Shown here: positions 53,932 to 64,000 of the stretch, piece by piece
Position numbering within the stretch: position 1 is the stretch's first letter
How the letters are laid out: each line of letters opens with the position of its first letter
Assembly: GCA_900549225.1 (NCBI GenBank)
Contig: URNP01000002.1
Coordinates: 1,705-65,704, forward strand
Direction: 5' to 3'
DNA length: 64,000 bases
Source: an uncultured Eubacteriales bacterium
GTDB lineage: Bacteria > Bacillota > Clostridia > Christensenellales > CAG-917
Position numbers and translations under genes: made by a program
Notes under the pieces: model-generated
The model's input: only the letters and a program-made list of their open reading frames with translations
What the model was told of the DNA's origin: nothing
Databases searched by the model: none

Positions 53932-54396
53932 GTGGATCAATTAAAGCGAATGATAGGTTTGACGGTCGGATTGATGCTCGCCCTGATAGCGTCGGGCTTA
54001 TGCTCTGTGTGTTTCAATATCGACTTAAAGTGGTGGATTGCGCTCAATAAACCCGCTTTTTTATTGCCAAACGGGTGGTTTTCGATTTTCGTCGGGGTGA
54101 GTTACTTGTCGTCTGTGCTTGCAATTTCTCGACTTGTGGAATTCAAACATATTTTTCCGTCGATGCTATATTTTTTGCTTCTCGGCGTTTTTTGCATATT
54201 GTTCGTATATGCATTTTTTACGTTGAAAAACCTCGTTTTTGCGTTCGTTTCGATGACGATCGTCCTCGGCTTATCCTATATGCTTTTCATTCGCTTTTTG
54301 ACGAAAGAAGTGCGGATTGCCATCGAATTTTTCCCGACGTTTTTGTTTAATGTTTACGGCTTCACGTGCGTGCTTTGTATATTTATGAACAACTAA
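53932..54396 (+). CDS. TspO/MBR-like membrane protein
   Basis: Five TM segments, and WWIALNKPAFLLPNGWFSIFVGVSYL resembles the TspO N-terminal signature. The start is uncertain (GTG 53932 or ATG 53950). Confidence 0.5.
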   Translation: MDQLKRMIGLTVGLMLALIASGLCSVCFNIDLKWWIALNKPAFLLPNGWFSIFVGVSYLSSVLAISRLVEFKHIFPSMLYFLLLGVFCILFVYAFFTLKNLVFAFVSMTIVLGLSYMLFIRFLTKEVRIAIEFFPTFLFNVYGFTCVLCIFMNN

Positions 54397-54410
54397 ACTT
54401 TTATCGACGT

Positions 54411-54438
54411 AAAAAAAGAAGCGCACAAAGTGCGCTTC
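54411..54438 (-). terminator. terminator of the surE operon
   Basis: Stem GAAGCGCAC (54418-54426) / GTGCGCTTC (54430-54438). A T-run follows on the minus strand. Confidence 0.75.
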
Positions 54439-54470
54439 CATGTTCCTTCGAATTGTTCTATCGATACCAT

Positions 54471-55199
54471 TCAGTCTGCGTTCACGACGTTTTTCAGGGC
54501 GTTGTAGGCGTTGAAATCGGTGCGGGCGATGGTGAGGGGCGTTACGCTGACGTAGCCGTCTACGGTTGCGTCGCTGTCGACGCTCAAATCGTGATTGTTT
54601 TGGTGGATGCAATGACCTTCTTGTCGCCACGTGCCGTCGCCGAGGTCGATGAAGTCGTCGGTGAAGTATGCGCCGCCTTGACGGGTGAGCAAAATTGATT
54701 TTGCGTCTTTGGGAATATTGACGTTGTAGATATTTCCGTGGGCAAAGAGGTTGTATTTGCACACGAAGTCGTAAACTCTGTCAAGCCAGTTTGCCGCGTC
54801 GTCAAAGGACGCTACGTGAGTGGAGAGAGCAAGAGCCTTCAAGCCTCTCGTGCAAGCCTCGAATATTGCGCCGTTTGTTGCTGAATACATTATGTCCTCG
54901 CCGAGATTCAGACCTTTGTTTATGCCCGAGATGACGAGATCGTAGGTTTCGTGAAGGCCGAGAGTTGCAAAGCGAACGCAGTCGGCAGGGGAACTGTCCA
55001 CGCTGAAAGCGCGTACACCGTCCAAAAACTCAACGCGTTTCACTTCAAACGGGTTGTGTATATCAATGGAATGACTTTTTCCGCTTTGCTCGAATTTCGG
55101 GGCGGATACGGTGACGTCACCGAGTTTTCTTGCCCATTTTGCCACGAGCATCAAGCCTTTGGAGTTGATTCCGTCGTCGTTTGTGATGAGAATTTTCAT
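54471..55199 (-). CDS. surE: 5'/3'-nucleotidase SurE
   Basis: MKILITNDDGINSKGL. Confidence 0.92.
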   Translation of the reverse strand: MKILITNDDGINSKGLMLVAKWARKLGDVTVSAPKFEQSGKSHSIDIHNPFEVKRVEFLDGVRAFSVDSSPADCVRFATLGLHETYDLVISGINKGLNLGEDIMYSATNGAIFEACTRGLKALALSTHVASFDDAANWLDRVYDFVCKYNLFAHGNIYNVNIPKDAKSILLTRQGGAYFTDDFIDLGDGTWRQEGHCIHQNNHDLSVDSDATVDGYVSVTPLTIARTDFNAYNALKNVVNAD

Positions 55200-56182
55200 A
55201 GCCAGCCCGTATTGTTCTCCTTGTAGTTTTTCACGATTTCGTTTGTGTCCGAAAGCATTTGTTTCATTTCCTTTTTGCTATGTACGGTTGCGCCGCAGGC
55301 TCTGTCGTGACCGCCGCCGCCGTATTTTTCGGCAAGATCGTTTATGGTGACGAATCTCGAGCGCAAGCGCACTCTGATGCTTCCGTCTGCGTTCTCTATG
55401 AACGCAAGCCACACGATTGCGCCCTTTATGCCGTCGAGATACGATACGACGTTGCTTGCCTGCTCGTTTGTGAGTTTGAACTTGCGTTGCATTGCTTTGT
55501 CAACGTAAATGTACGCCACACCGTCGGTGGTGACTTTCATCTTTTTGTAGACGTACGCCTCGAATTTGAAGACGTTGAAGTCGTCAAGGTTGAGATTTGC
55601 GTAAATCCACTCGGTGTCGATTCCAAGGTCGAGCAGTGCGCCCGCTCTGCGCATGGTTTCGCCGTCAACCGAACTGAATCTGAATCGACCGCTGTCCGTC
55701 ACCATACCAGTGAAGATATAGGTTGCGCCTTCTTTGTCGAGAGTGAGTTCGTCCTTGAACGTGAGCCAAAAATCCGCAATCATTTCGCAAAGAGAGGAGC
55801 GTTCTTCCTCAACCCAACTCAAATCGCCGTAAGGCTTTACGTCGATATGGTGGTCTATTTTGACGATCTCTTTTGCAAGTGAGAATTTTTTGTTTGAAAT
55901 GCGATCGGTCGTTGCGGTGTCGCAGACTATGACGAGTGCGTCGGAATATTTCTCGTCCGCAATCGGAGCGTCCTCACCGCCGAGGAAGGCAAGATACTCG
56001 GAACTGTCCTCGTTGATGACGTACACTTCTTTTTGAGGGAAGGACAGTTTGAGCATTCTCGCAAGTCCTTTGCTCGATCCGATAGCGTCGCCGTCGGGGC
56101 GGAAGTGCCTTGTGACGATTATTCTGTCGTATTGCTTGATTTTGTCAAGTATGCGCCGCTTTATTTCAAAATTGTCGTTCAT
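55196..56182 (-). CDS. DHH/DHHA1 phosphoesterase (NrnA-like oligoribonuclease / pAp phosphatase), copy 2
   Basis: HFRPDGDAIGS, DHH (KIDHHID) and GGGHDRACG motifs. It overlaps surE and the upstream paralogue by 4 nt each. Confidence 0.78.
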   Translation of the reverse strand: MNDNFEIKRRILDKIKQYDRIIVTRHFRPDGDAIGSSKGLARMLKLSFPQKEVYVINEDSSEYLAFLGGEDAPIADEKYSDALVIVCDTATTDRISNKKFSLAKEIVKIDHHIDVKPYGDLSWVEEERSSLCEMIADFWLTFKDELTLDKEGATYIFTGMVTDSGRFRFSSVDGETMRRAGALLDLGIDTEWIYANLNLDDFNVFKFEAYVYKKMKVTTDGVAYIYVDKAMQRKFKLTNEQASNVVSYLDGIKGAIVWLAFIENADGSIRVRLRSRFVTINDLAEKYGGGGHDRACGATVHSKKEMKQMLSDTNEIVKNYKENNTGWL

Positions 56183-57126
56183 ATTCTTTCTCCTTTTTCA
56201 ACGAGTGCGTCGAGTTCGTCAAGCACTTGCATTGCCTCTTGTCTGTCTTTGAGCGTTGCACCGCTTGCTTTGAGGTGACCGCCGCCGCCGTGCGCCACGG
56301 CTATTTGGTTTATATTCAGGTTTTTCGAGCGGATTTCGCACAATACGCCTTGCTCGCATTCGGTGAAGTTGACCCAAGCGTCCACGCCTTTGAGGTCGCC
56401 CATAGTGTTTACGAACCCTCTCGACACGCTCTGCGCTTCCATACCGAGTTTTGCAACGCGCTCTTTGTCTGAATACGAATATGCGACGTTGTTTTTGCTG
56501 AACTTGATTGAAAGCACGAATTCAGCGCGTTTTCTCACGTTCTCGTACGTGTCTACGTACAGATTTGAGTATATCTCGGCAGGGTTGAAACCTTTTGAGA
56601 GCAGAAAACTCGCCAAATCGAACGTGCGGGGCAACGTGCTATCGTAATAAAATCTTCCGCTGTCCGTCACAATGCCAGTGTAAAGCGCTTTGGCGGCTTT
56701 TGAATCGACTTCAAGCCCCCATTCGCGCACGAGGTAGGTGACGAGCCCGCAACAACTCTCAAAAGAGGTGTCGTCTATATCGATATCTGCTATATCTTCT
56801 ACGAAAATATGGTGGTCGATGCGGAGAGTTTGCTCTGCGAGCGTATAACGGTCGTCGGATATGAGCGATTTTGCCGAAGTGTCAAGCACGATCGCAAGTG
56901 CGCCTTCGTAAAATTCGTCGCTTATCTCGTCCATAACGCTGTCTTCCATAAACGAGAATCTGCCTGCCGAGTCGCCGACCGCATAGATTTTTTTGTCGGG
57001 AAAGTTGGTTTGCAAAACGTGCTTCAAGCCGAGTTGACTTCCCATAGCGTCGCCGTCGGGGTTCGAGTGACGATGAATGATTATCACGTCGTGATTTTTG
57101 ATTGCGTCGAATGCTTTGCTTATCAT
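56179..57126 (-). CDS. DHH/DHHA1 phosphoesterase (NrnA-like), copy 1
   Basis: HRHSNPDGDAMGS, RIDHHIF and GGGHLKASG motifs. Confidence 0.78.
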   Translation of the reverse strand: MISKAFDAIKNHDVIIIHRHSNPDGDAMGSQLGLKHVLQTNFPDKKIYAVGDSAGRFSFMEDSVMDEISDEFYEGALAIVLDTSAKSLISDDRYTLAEQTLRIDHHIFVEDIADIDIDDTSFESCCGLVTYLVREWGLEVDSKAAKALYTGIVTDSGRFYYDSTLPRTFDLASFLLSKGFNPAEIYSNLYVDTYENVRKRAEFVLSIKFSKNNVAYSYSDKERVAKLGMEAQSVSRGFVNTMGDLKGVDAWVNFTECEQGVLCEIRSKNLNINQIAVAHGGGGHLKASGATLKDRQEAMQVLDELDALVEKGERI

Positions 57127-57304
57127 AAATCAGTCCTAATATATAAATTTGATATTCAATAATATCATAATAAGCCCCTCGTGTCAACGCGATTTGATAT
57201 GCGAAATTTCATCGAGATTTTCGTGAAAATTTGCTTTGCATTTGATAGTTTACCATAGAAGAATCAAGCGAAAATCGTTAATTTCTATGTCTAACTTCAA
57301 AACT

Positions 57305-57337
57305 AAAAAAAGAAAGCCACCGACGTTTGTCGGTGGC
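57305..57337 (-). terminator. terminator after the GDPD gene
   Basis: Stem GCCACCGAC (57316-57324) / GTCGGTGGC (57329-57337). A T-rich run follows on the minus strand. Confidence 0.8.
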
Positions 57338-57355
57338 ATAGGTTTTACGAATTCG

Positions 57356-58171
57356 TTATTTGTTGGACGGAAGATTCTTTTCGAGGCAACGGAAGGGCAT
57401 AAACTTGCGAGCAAGCGAGTCCATTTGCGCCGCGTCCATATGCTCGAAGATGACGTTGTTTGCGTATTTGGTTGCGTCCTCGAGAGTTTCTTGCGACTTT
57501 ATCGTCCACATAAGCACGGGCACTTTCTTGCTCCATTTGACGATCCACTTGTTTTCGGGAAGTTTTCTGTCAACCGCGCGCACGTCGTATGCGATGAAGT
57601 CGGGGCGAGTGATCTTGTTGATCCAAAGTTTGCCCATAAAGTCGGTTGCCCACCATCTGTTGTGCTTACCGTCGGCTGAGCACCAGGTGCAGAGTTCGCC
57701 AACGGCGTAATCTGAGTGGCGTTTTGCATAAAGAACTGCGCCGAAATCGAAGGATTGAAGCGCGATATTGCCTTTGTAACCGACTTCGTTTAGCACTTTT
57801 ATGGTTTCTCTGACGATGCGGTGATCGAAGGGGTTGATGCCTTTTATCTCGCACAAAATGCCGACTTTTCCGTCAACGAGTGCCAAAAACTCTTTGAAGG
57901 TGGGGATCGTGTACTCGCTGTTTGCAAGAGGATAGGATTTGAGTTCCTCGACGGTGCAGTCTTTCACGAGTTTATCGACGCCGCAAACTCTTTTGAGGTT
58001 ATCATCGTGGAAAACCACCACTTCGCCGTCTTTTGAAACGTGCACGTCGATTTCGATATTGAAATCGTGCGCTATTGCTTGCTCGTATGCAGGCATACTG
58101 TTTTCGGGATATTGTTCGTCGTGCAAACCGCGATGAGCGATAGGTCTATCGAAAAGCCATTGAAAATTCAT
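57356..58171 (-). CDS. glycerophosphodiester phosphodiesterase family protein
   Basis: [23 protein letters not shown] and [20 protein letters not shown]. Confidence 0.85.
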   Translation of the reverse strand: MNFQWLFDRPIAHRGLHDEQYPENSMPAYEQAIAHDFNIEIDVHVSKDGEVVVFHDDNLKRVCGVDKLVKDCTVEELKSYPLANSEYTIPTFKEFLALVDGKVGILCEIKGINPFDHRIVRETIKVLNEVGYKGNIALQSFDFGAVLYAKRHSDYAVGELCTWCSADGKHNRWWATDFMGKLWINKITRPDFIAYDVRAVDRKLPENKWIVKWSKKVPVLMWTIKSQETLEDATKYANNVIFEHMDAAQMDSLARKFMPFRCLEKNLPSNK

Positions 58172-58303
58172 TCTGAACCCCCGTATTTGTCATTATATTT
58201 TGTTGATAAAATTTTATTATTCAATTATAATAAAGTCAATAGTTTTCAAAATTTATTCCGAATTTTTGCTCTACGGCAGGAATTTGCGGACGAAGAGGAC
58301 AAA

Positions 58304-60106
58304 TTGAGCAAGAAACACATACGCAATTTTTCCATAATCGCGCATATCGATCACGGCAAGAGTACGCTTGCCGACAGGCTCATCGAAAAGACGGGCACCG
58401 TTTCCGCGCGCGAAATGAGCGAGCAGTTGCTCGACAATATGGAAATCGAAAAAGAAAGAGGCATCACCATAAAACTGCAAACTTGCAGATTGTATTATCA
58501 ATACAAGGGCGAGGAGTACGTTTTCAACCTCATAGACACTCCGGGACACGTCGATTTCACTTACGAAGTTTCACGTTCTTTGGCGGCGTGCGAGGGCGCG
58601 TTGCTGGTCGTCGACGCAACGCAGGGCGTAGAGGCGCAAACTCTTTCCAACGTATATTTGGCTCTTGAAAACGACCTTGCGATTTTGCCCGTTATCAACA
58701 AAATCGACCTTGCGTCAGCAGACGTCGACGCCGTAAAACTCGAAGTCGAGGATATTATCGGACTCGACACCGACGGCTGTCCGCTCGTTTCTGCAAAAGA
58801 GGGTATCGGCATAGACAATCTTATAGAGCAGATCATCGAAAAACTTCCCGCTCCTCAAGGCGACGATCAAGCGCCGCTCAAAGCGCTTATCTTCGATAGT
58901 TTTTACGACAATTACCGCGGCGCAATCTCTATGGTGCGCATTATGGACGGCACGGTGAAGGTTGGCGACACGATAAAAATGATGTCCTCGGGCAAAACTT
59001 TCGAGGTCGTGGAAGTCGGCTATTTTTCACCAGGTATGCGTCCTTGCGACGTGCTTAGCGCAGGCGAAGTCGGCTATATTGCCGCAAGCATCAAAAACGT
59101 CAGCGATACTGCTGTCGGCGACACGATAACCAACGCTCAAAATCCTGCAAAAGAGGCGCTTCCCGGCTACAAAAAGGCAACGCCAATGGTGTATACGGGT
59201 GTTTTTCCCGCGGACGGCGCAAGATACGACGATCTGAAAGAAGCGCTCCTCAAACTTCAACTCAACGATGCGTCTTTGAGTTTCGATCCCGAAGTTTCAA
59301 CCGCGCTCGGATTCGGATTCCGTTGCGGATTTTTGGGACTTCTGCATATGGAAATCATCGAGGAAAGATTGGAGCGCGAATTCGATCTCGATCTCATCAC
59401 GACCGCACCAAGCGTTTCGTATATCGTCACCAAAACGAACGGCGAAAAACTCACCATAGACAATCCTACCGCTTTGCCGAATCCGAGCGAAATCGCAAGC
59501 ATCGAAGAGCCTATCGTCAAAGCCACGCTTTTCACTCCGCCCGAATACGTAGGTCCGATTATGGAACTTTGCCAAGGGAAGAGGGGCGTTTTCGTGGATA
59601 TGAGTTATATCGATCCCACTCGCGTGCAGTTGATTTATCGTATGCCGCTCAACGAGATTATCTACGACTTTTTTGACAGCCTTAAATCGAGAACGCGCGG
59701 TTATGCGTCTCTCGACTACGAAATGGACGGCTACGAAAAGAGCGATCTCGTACGCCTCGATATGATGATAAACGGCGATATGTGCGACGCGCTTTCCATA
59801 ATCGTGCACAAAGACAACGCCTACGCAAGAGGTAGGGGTATTGCCGAAAAACTTAAAGACGTTATTCCGAGACAACTTTTCGAGATCCCCATTCAAGCCA
59901 CCGTCGGCGGAAAAATCATCGCTCGAGAGACCGTCAAAGCAATGCGCAAAGACGTCTTGGCAAAATGCTACGGCGGCGACATAACGAGAAAGAAAAAACT
60001 GCTCGAAAAACAAAAAGAAGGCAAAAAACGTATGCGCAAAGTGGGCAGCGTGGAAGTGCCGAGCGAGGCGTTTATTTCCATTCTCAAAGTCGATCCCAAC
60101 AAGTGA
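58304..60106 (+). CDS. lepA: elongation factor 4 (LepA)
   Basis: [28 protein letters not shown] start at 58304 with a GAAGAGGA RBS, giving 600 aa. The track ORF start at 58040 would overlap the convergent GDPD gene. Confidence 0.95.
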   Translation: MSKKHIRNFSIIAHIDHGKSTLADRLIEKTGTVSAREMSEQLLDNMEIEKERGITIKLQTCRLYYQYKGEEYVFNLIDTPGHVDFTYEVSRSLAACEGALLVVDATQGVEAQTLSNVYLALENDLAILPVINKIDLASADVDAVKLEVEDIIGLDTDGCPLVSAKEGIGIDNLIEQIIEKLPAPQGDDQAPLKALIFDSFYDNYRGAISMVRIMDGTVKVGDTIKMMSSGKTFEVVEVGYFSPGMRPCDVLSAGEVGYIAASIKNVSDTAVGDTITNAQNPAKEALPGYKKATPMVYTGVFPADGARYDDLKEALLKLQLNDASLSFDPEVSTALGFGFRCGFLGLLHMEIIEERLEREFDLDLITTAPSVSYIVTKTNGEKLTIDNPTALPNPSEIASIEEPIVKATLFTPPEYVGPIMELCQGKRGVFVDMSYIDPTRVQLIYRMPLNEIIYDFFDSLKSRTRGYASLDYEMDGYEKSDLVRLDMMINGDMCDALSIIVHKDNAYARGRGIAEKLKDVIPRQLFEIPIQATVGGKIIARETVKAMRKDVLAKCYGGDITRKKKLLEKQKEGKKRMRKVGSVEVPSEAFISILKVDPNK

Positions 60107-60110
60107 TTTC

Positions 60111-60145
60111 AAACCCCGAAAACGCAATATTTTTTCGGGGTTTTA
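60111..60145 (+). terminator. lepA terminator
   Basis: Stem AAACCCCGAAAA (60111-60122) / TTTTCGGGGTTT (60132-60143). Confidence 0.8.
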
Positions 60146-60156
60146 TATAGGAAAAT

Positions 60157-61290
60157 ATGCAACTTTACGTCCATATTCCGTTTTGTAAATCAAAATGTCG
60201 CTACTGCGATTTCAACTCGTACGCTTGTCGTGACAAACAAGCGATTTTCGAGTATCTAACCGCATTAAATCAAGAAATCGCGCTTGCTTCGTCGCAGTTT
60301 GAAAACGCAAAAATCGACACGATTTATATTGGCGGAGGCACTCCGAGTCTGCTCGATGAAAGTCTTATTAAACCGCTTCTTGAAAAACTGCGCACTTTTT
60401 TTGATTTGTCAAGCTTGAAAGAGTGGACGATAGAGTGCAATCCCGAAAGCGTAACCGAAGAAAAACTCAAACTTTACGCCGATGAAGGAATCAATCGAAT
60501 CAGTATAGGCGTTCAAAGCCTTTTCGACGACAATCTCAAGTCTATCGGCAGACTCCACGATGCAAAAGAGGCAATTGAGAAAATCAAACTCGCAAAGCGA
60601 TATTTCGACAACGTTTCCGCCGACCTGATAATTGGACTTCCGTTTGACGACAAACAAAGGATCGCGAGGGAAGTTGAGGATCTTGCTCCGCTCGTCGAGC
60701 ATATTTCTATGTACGAATTGAGCGTAGAAGAAGGAACTTCGCTTGAAAAACTCGTAAATCAAGGCAAAATTACGTTGCCCGACGACGATGAAACGCAAGA
60801 ACTTTTCGACGTTGCGTACGATACTGCAAAAGAAAACGGATTCGATAGATACGAAGTATCTAATTTTGCAAAAAACGGCAGAATTTCTCTGCACAATTTC
60901 GGGTACTGGACGAGGGAAGAGTATATCGGTCTTGGTGCAGGCGCACATTCTTTTTTGAAAACTTCTGACGGAAAAATGTCGCTTAAAAAAGAAACGAGAT
61001 ATGCGAATTTCAAAGATTTGTCGAAGTATAAAAATGCTGTGTGCAGTGCAAAATCTTATGCGGAAATCAAACGCGAATACGAGGAAAAACTATCGGCAAA
61101 AGACGCGCGGGAAGAAGAAATTATGCTCGGACTTCGCACGTATAAGGGCGTAAAAGAGGAGATTATGCCGCCCGTTGCGCATAGCCTTGAAAAGTATTTC
61201 GTCAGAAAAGACGGCCGCGTTTCGCTCAATCGCGAGGGTATGGCGGTTATGAACTCCATCCTCGTTGAAATCCTCGATTTTGACAATTGA
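60157..61290 (+). CDS. hemW: radical SAM family heme chaperone HemW (HemN-like)
   Basis: YVHIPFCKSKCRYCDF contains the CxxxCxxC motif. The lepA-hemW neighbourhood is conserved. Confidence 0.88.
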   Translation: MQLYVHIPFCKSKCRYCDFNSYACRDKQAIFEYLTALNQEIALASSQFENAKIDTIYIGGGTPSLLDESLIKPLLEKLRTFFDLSSLKEWTIECNPESVTEEKLKLYADEGINRISIGVQSLFDDNLKSIGRLHDAKEAIEKIKLAKRYFDNVSADLIIGLPFDDKQRIAREVEDLAPLVEHISMYELSVEEGTSLEKLVNQGKITLPDDDETQELFDVAYDTAKENGFDRYEVSNFAKNGRISLHNFGYWTREEYIGLGAGAHSFLKTSDGKMSLKKETRYANFKDLSKYKNAVCSAKSYAEIKREYEEKLSAKDAREEEIMLGLRTYKGVKEEIMPPVAHSLEKYFVRKDGRVSLNREGMAVMNSILVEILDFDN

Positions 61291-61498
61291 ATCGGTTTTG
61301 CGGCGTATTTTTATCGGAGGTTTCTTTCGTTGCTTTATTATGCTTGCAACGACGTGACTTTTCCGTCAAAAACCCCGCGAAACGACACGATTTTTCGCTT
61401 ATTAAATCGAATAGAAAATAATATTTTTTTGTTGGCGGATAATGATTGTCAAGAAATAAATTATTTGATATACTGAATATACTACATCGGAGGCACAA

Positions 61499-62647
61499 AT
61501 GACACCGGATTTATCTGTTTACGGAGAGACGCCTAGCGCTCCTATTGCTCTTATCGCCACACCCGGCGCTGAAGAACTTGCTCAACTCATCGACAAACGG
61601 CTCATTACTTTGCTGAGTGAATCACACCTCGGAAAAAAACTTTACAAAGACACGTTCATTTTGAAATCCGATTGTCCCCGTTTCACAAGCGGCGATGCAA
61701 AAGGTATCATTTATGAAACCGTCCGCGGCAAAGATTTGTATATAATCTGCGATCCGGCAAATCACGGTGTGACCTACAAATTCTTCGGACAGGACGTTCC
61801 GCTCACTCCGGACGATCATTTCCAAAACCTCAAACGCATAATATGTGCTTGTACGGGCAAACCCGCTCGCATCACGGTAATTATGCCGATGCTCTACGGC
61901 GGACGCCAGCACAGAAGAAGCGCTAGAGAATCGCTCGACTGCGCTCAAATGTTGCAGGAACTCGAAAATATGGGCGTGACGGATATCATAACATTCGACG
62001 CTCACGATCCGAGAGTGCAAAACGCAGTCCCTCTTATGGGCTTCGACAACTATTTTGCACACTATCAGATCCTCAAATGCCTCACGAGGCGTTTTCCGGA
62101 CGTAAAACTTCAAAAAGACAGCCTTATGGTTATCTCTCCCGATGAGGGCGCAATTCCGAGAAACGTGTATTACGCTTCGGTTTTGGGGCTCGACCTCGGT
62201 ATGTTCTACAAGAGAAGAGATTACTCAACGATCATCAACGGTCGCAATCCCATCATCGCCCACGAGTATATTGGCTCGTCGGTTGAGGGAATGAACGTGT
62301 TCGTCGCAGACGATATGATCGCAACGGGCGACTCCATTCTCCGTCTTGCAAAAGAGATAAAAGAGAAGGGCGCAAAAAAGGTCTTTTTGACCGCAACGTT
62401 CTCGCTTTTCACAGAGGGCGTGGACAAATTCAACAAAGCATACGAAGAAGGCGTTTTCGACGCAGTGCTTTCAACCAACCTCACTTATCGCATTCCCGAA
62501 CTCAAGAATTGCGAATGGTTTGTTGAAGCAGACTTGTCGAAGTATATTTCTTACATTATCGCCGCAGCAAACGTCAACGAACCCGTTGCAAACCTGCTCG
62601 ATCCGTCGCAAAAGATACGCGAACTCGTGCAAAGACTCAACGGTTGA
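61499..62647 (+). CDS. ribose-phosphate pyrophosphokinase family protein (long form)
   Basis: 382 aa. FDAHDPRVQN and the PRPP loop VFVADDMIATGDS. Confidence 0.85.
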   Translation: MTPDLSVYGETPSAPIALIATPGAEELAQLIDKRLITLLSESHLGKKLYKDTFILKSDCPRFTSGDAKGIIYETVRGKDLYIICDPANHGVTYKFFGQDVPLTPDDHFQNLKRIICACTGKPARITVIMPMLYGGRQHRRSARESLDCAQMLQELENMGVTDIITFDAHDPRVQNAVPLMGFDNYFAHYQILKCLTRRFPDVKLQKDSLMVISPDEGAIPRNVYYASVLGLDLGMFYKRRDYSTIINGRNPIIAHEYIGSSVEGMNVFVADDMIATGDSILRLAKEIKEKGAKKVFLTATFSLFTEGVDKFNKAYEEGVFDAVLSTNLTYRIPELKNCEWFVEADLSKYISYIIAAANVNEPVANLLDPSQKIRELVQRLNG

Positions 62648-62665
62648 CGCAAAAAGGAGTTAAAA

Positions 62666-63319
62666 ATGAAAATCACTTGGCTTGGTCATTCATCGTTTTT
62701 GCTCGAAGAAAGCACGGGAACGAAGATTGTCACCGACCCTTATCACTCGTACGTCGGATATGAGATGCCTCAAGTCAGTGCGGATATCGTGACCGTTTCG
62801 CACTCTCACAACGACCACAGTTACGTTTCAAAAGTCGGCGGCGACCCGACCGTCATCAACAGAGTCGGAGCATACGAAATCGGCGGTGTACATATTCTTG
62901 CGCAACGTTCCTATCACGACGACAAAAAGGGCAGTCTGAGAGGTGAAAACATCATTTTCAAATATCGTATGGACGGCGTGGACGTCTGCCATATGGGCGA
63001 CATTGGCGAGGAGTGCAACGCAATTTTGGTTGAATCTCTTATGCCCGTAAACGTGCTGCTCATTCCCGTAGGCGGAAACTTCACCATCGACGCAAAAGAG
63101 GCAAAAGAATACGTTGACCGCATTATGCCCGACGTCGTCATTCCAATGCACTACAAGACCAAAGATTGCGAATTCGACATTGACAAAGTCAATGAATTCT
63201 TATCGCTTTTCGACGATGAGAATATCGTTTACGCGGATTCTCCGACCGTAGAATTTGACAGAGCGGATTTTGACGGAGAAGATACAAAAGTTTTGGTTCT
63301 TGACAGACTTTCAAAATAA
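62666..63319 (+). CDS. MBL-fold metallo-hydrolase (UPF0173-like)
   Basis: MKITWLGHSSFLLE and VSHSHNDH motifs. Confidence 0.78.
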   Translation: MKITWLGHSSFLLEESTGTKIVTDPYHSYVGYEMPQVSADIVTVSHSHNDHSYVSKVGGDPTVINRVGAYEIGGVHILAQRSYHDDKKGSLRGENIIFKYRMDGVDVCHMGDIGEECNAILVESLMPVNVLLIPVGGNFTIDAKEAKEYVDRIMPDVVIPMHYKTKDCEFDIDKVNEFLSLFDDENIVYADSPTVEFDRADFDGEDTKVLVLDRLSK

Positions 63320-63444
63320 TCACTGGTTTTACATCGTTTTAAGCCGTTGCCGAGCATATCGGCAACGGGCAATATACCTCCTTTTACAACACAATCGAAA
63401 TAACATTTTTTACGGACGAATAAGTCCGCATATAGGAGAACGTA

Positions 63445-64000
63445 ATGCAAAAATTCTCAAAGCAGGAATTGGAGGCAAAAAGCATTTTCGAGATGCGCGC
63501 TCTTGCCAAAGAGGTCGGAGTCAGCGCTCCAACGAAGATCAACAAAGCCGAACTTATCGATTTGGTCTTGAAGATCACGAACGGTGAAATGGAGCCGCCG
63601 GTTGCACCAAGACGCGGGCGTCCGAAAAAAACTGCCGAAACCGTAAGTCCCGCAAAAAAATCAATCGATCCGTTGGATATTCTCAATCCTACGCCCGTCA
63701 AAATCGAAACGAAAATCGATTATCAGATGCCAAAGGGCTTTGAAAAACCCAAATTTCAGCCTTCTTTCCGTCAAAATCAGTATCAGCAAGGCAATCAAAA
63801 TCAATACGGTCAGAACGGCGGATATAAGCAAAACAGCTACCGCACGCAAAACCAAGTCGTGCGCGACAATATGTTGTCAGAGCGCAAAGAAGCCGACGAT
63901 ATCGAGCAAATCCGTGAAGGATATCTTGAAATCAACCCCGACGGTTACGGCTTTTTGCGCGTGAAAAACGGCGAATTCAACGAAATGGACGCCTACGTGT
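63445..64000 (+). CDS. rho: transcription termination factor Rho, N-terminal part (continues past the window end) with a Q/N-rich insertion
   Basis: My own translation gives MQKFSKQELEAKSIFEMRALAKEVGVSAPTKINKAELIDLVLKI (Rho_N), then a basic/PK linker, then QPSFRQNQYQQGNQNQYGQNGGYKQNSYRTQNQ, then GYLEINPDGYGFLR..DAYV, the start of the CSD-like RNA-binding domain. GGAG RBS. It is not in the track because there is no stop in the window. Confidence 0.85.
   Translation, partial: MQKFSKQELEAKSIFEMRALAKEVGVSAPTKINKAELIDLVLKITNGEMEPPVAPRRGRPKKTAETVSPAKKSIDPLDILNPTPVKIETKIDYQMPKGFEKPKFQPSFRQNQYQQGNQNQYGQNGGYKQNSYRTQNQVVRDNMLSERKEADDIEQIREGYLEINPDGYGFLRVKNGEFNEMDAYV

Noticed and set aside
58040-58303. 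88-codon N-terminal extension of lepA
   Set aside because: It would overlap the convergently oriented GDPD gene by about 130 nt. The conserved LepA N-terminus begins at the TTG at 58304, which has a good RBS.
1-64000. Searched for mobile elements, prophage, toxin-antitoxin, restriction-modification, CRISPR-Cas or other defence islands
   Set aside because: No integrase, transposase, recombinase, phage structural, nuclease-helicase or NTPase-type defence signatures appear among the translated ORFs. Gene content and order are those of a conserved core region.

Overview
Chromosomal window from a Firmicutes/Clostridia-like spore-former. The lineage call rests on gpr, ylbJ, a YjcZ-like peptide and the Gram-positive gene order rpmF-plsX-rnc-smc-ftsY-ylxM-ffh-rpsP-KH-rimM-trmD. 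I call about 58 protein genes, one tRNA-Gly(UCC) and a long Bacillus/Clostridium-type SRP RNA. Nearly everything is core housekeeping: translation, SRP pathway, chromosome segregation, acetate and phospholipid metabolism, aminoacyl-tRNA synthetases. I saw no transposase, integrase, prophage, CRISPR array or recognisable defence gene, so I do not claim a new protein-encoded system. The unexplained signal is non-coding. (i) A roughly 0.5-kb ORF-free, hairpin-dense segment with coding-like GC lies between mgtC and hypB (470-980). (ii) A family of long interrupted hairpins sits directly after stop codons (after an EF-G paralogue and rpmF, with a degenerate copy after degV); its stems covary while its loops are conserved. 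(iii) The 490-nt smc-ftsY spacer holds two 59-nt direct repeats exactly 200 bp apart plus further structured modules. (iv) A cluster of parS half-sites lies upstream of smc. (v) Three copies of a 15-bp palindrome lie upstream of an ABC-2 exporter operon. Protein-level curiosities are a 64-aa Cys/Gly-rich double tiny-TM peptide, an HhH plus WG-repeat fusion, a split AcnX pair, a Q/N-rich insert in Rho, and SurE with two tandem NrnA paralogues. All calls come from reading the sequence and ORF track by eye; no searches were run.
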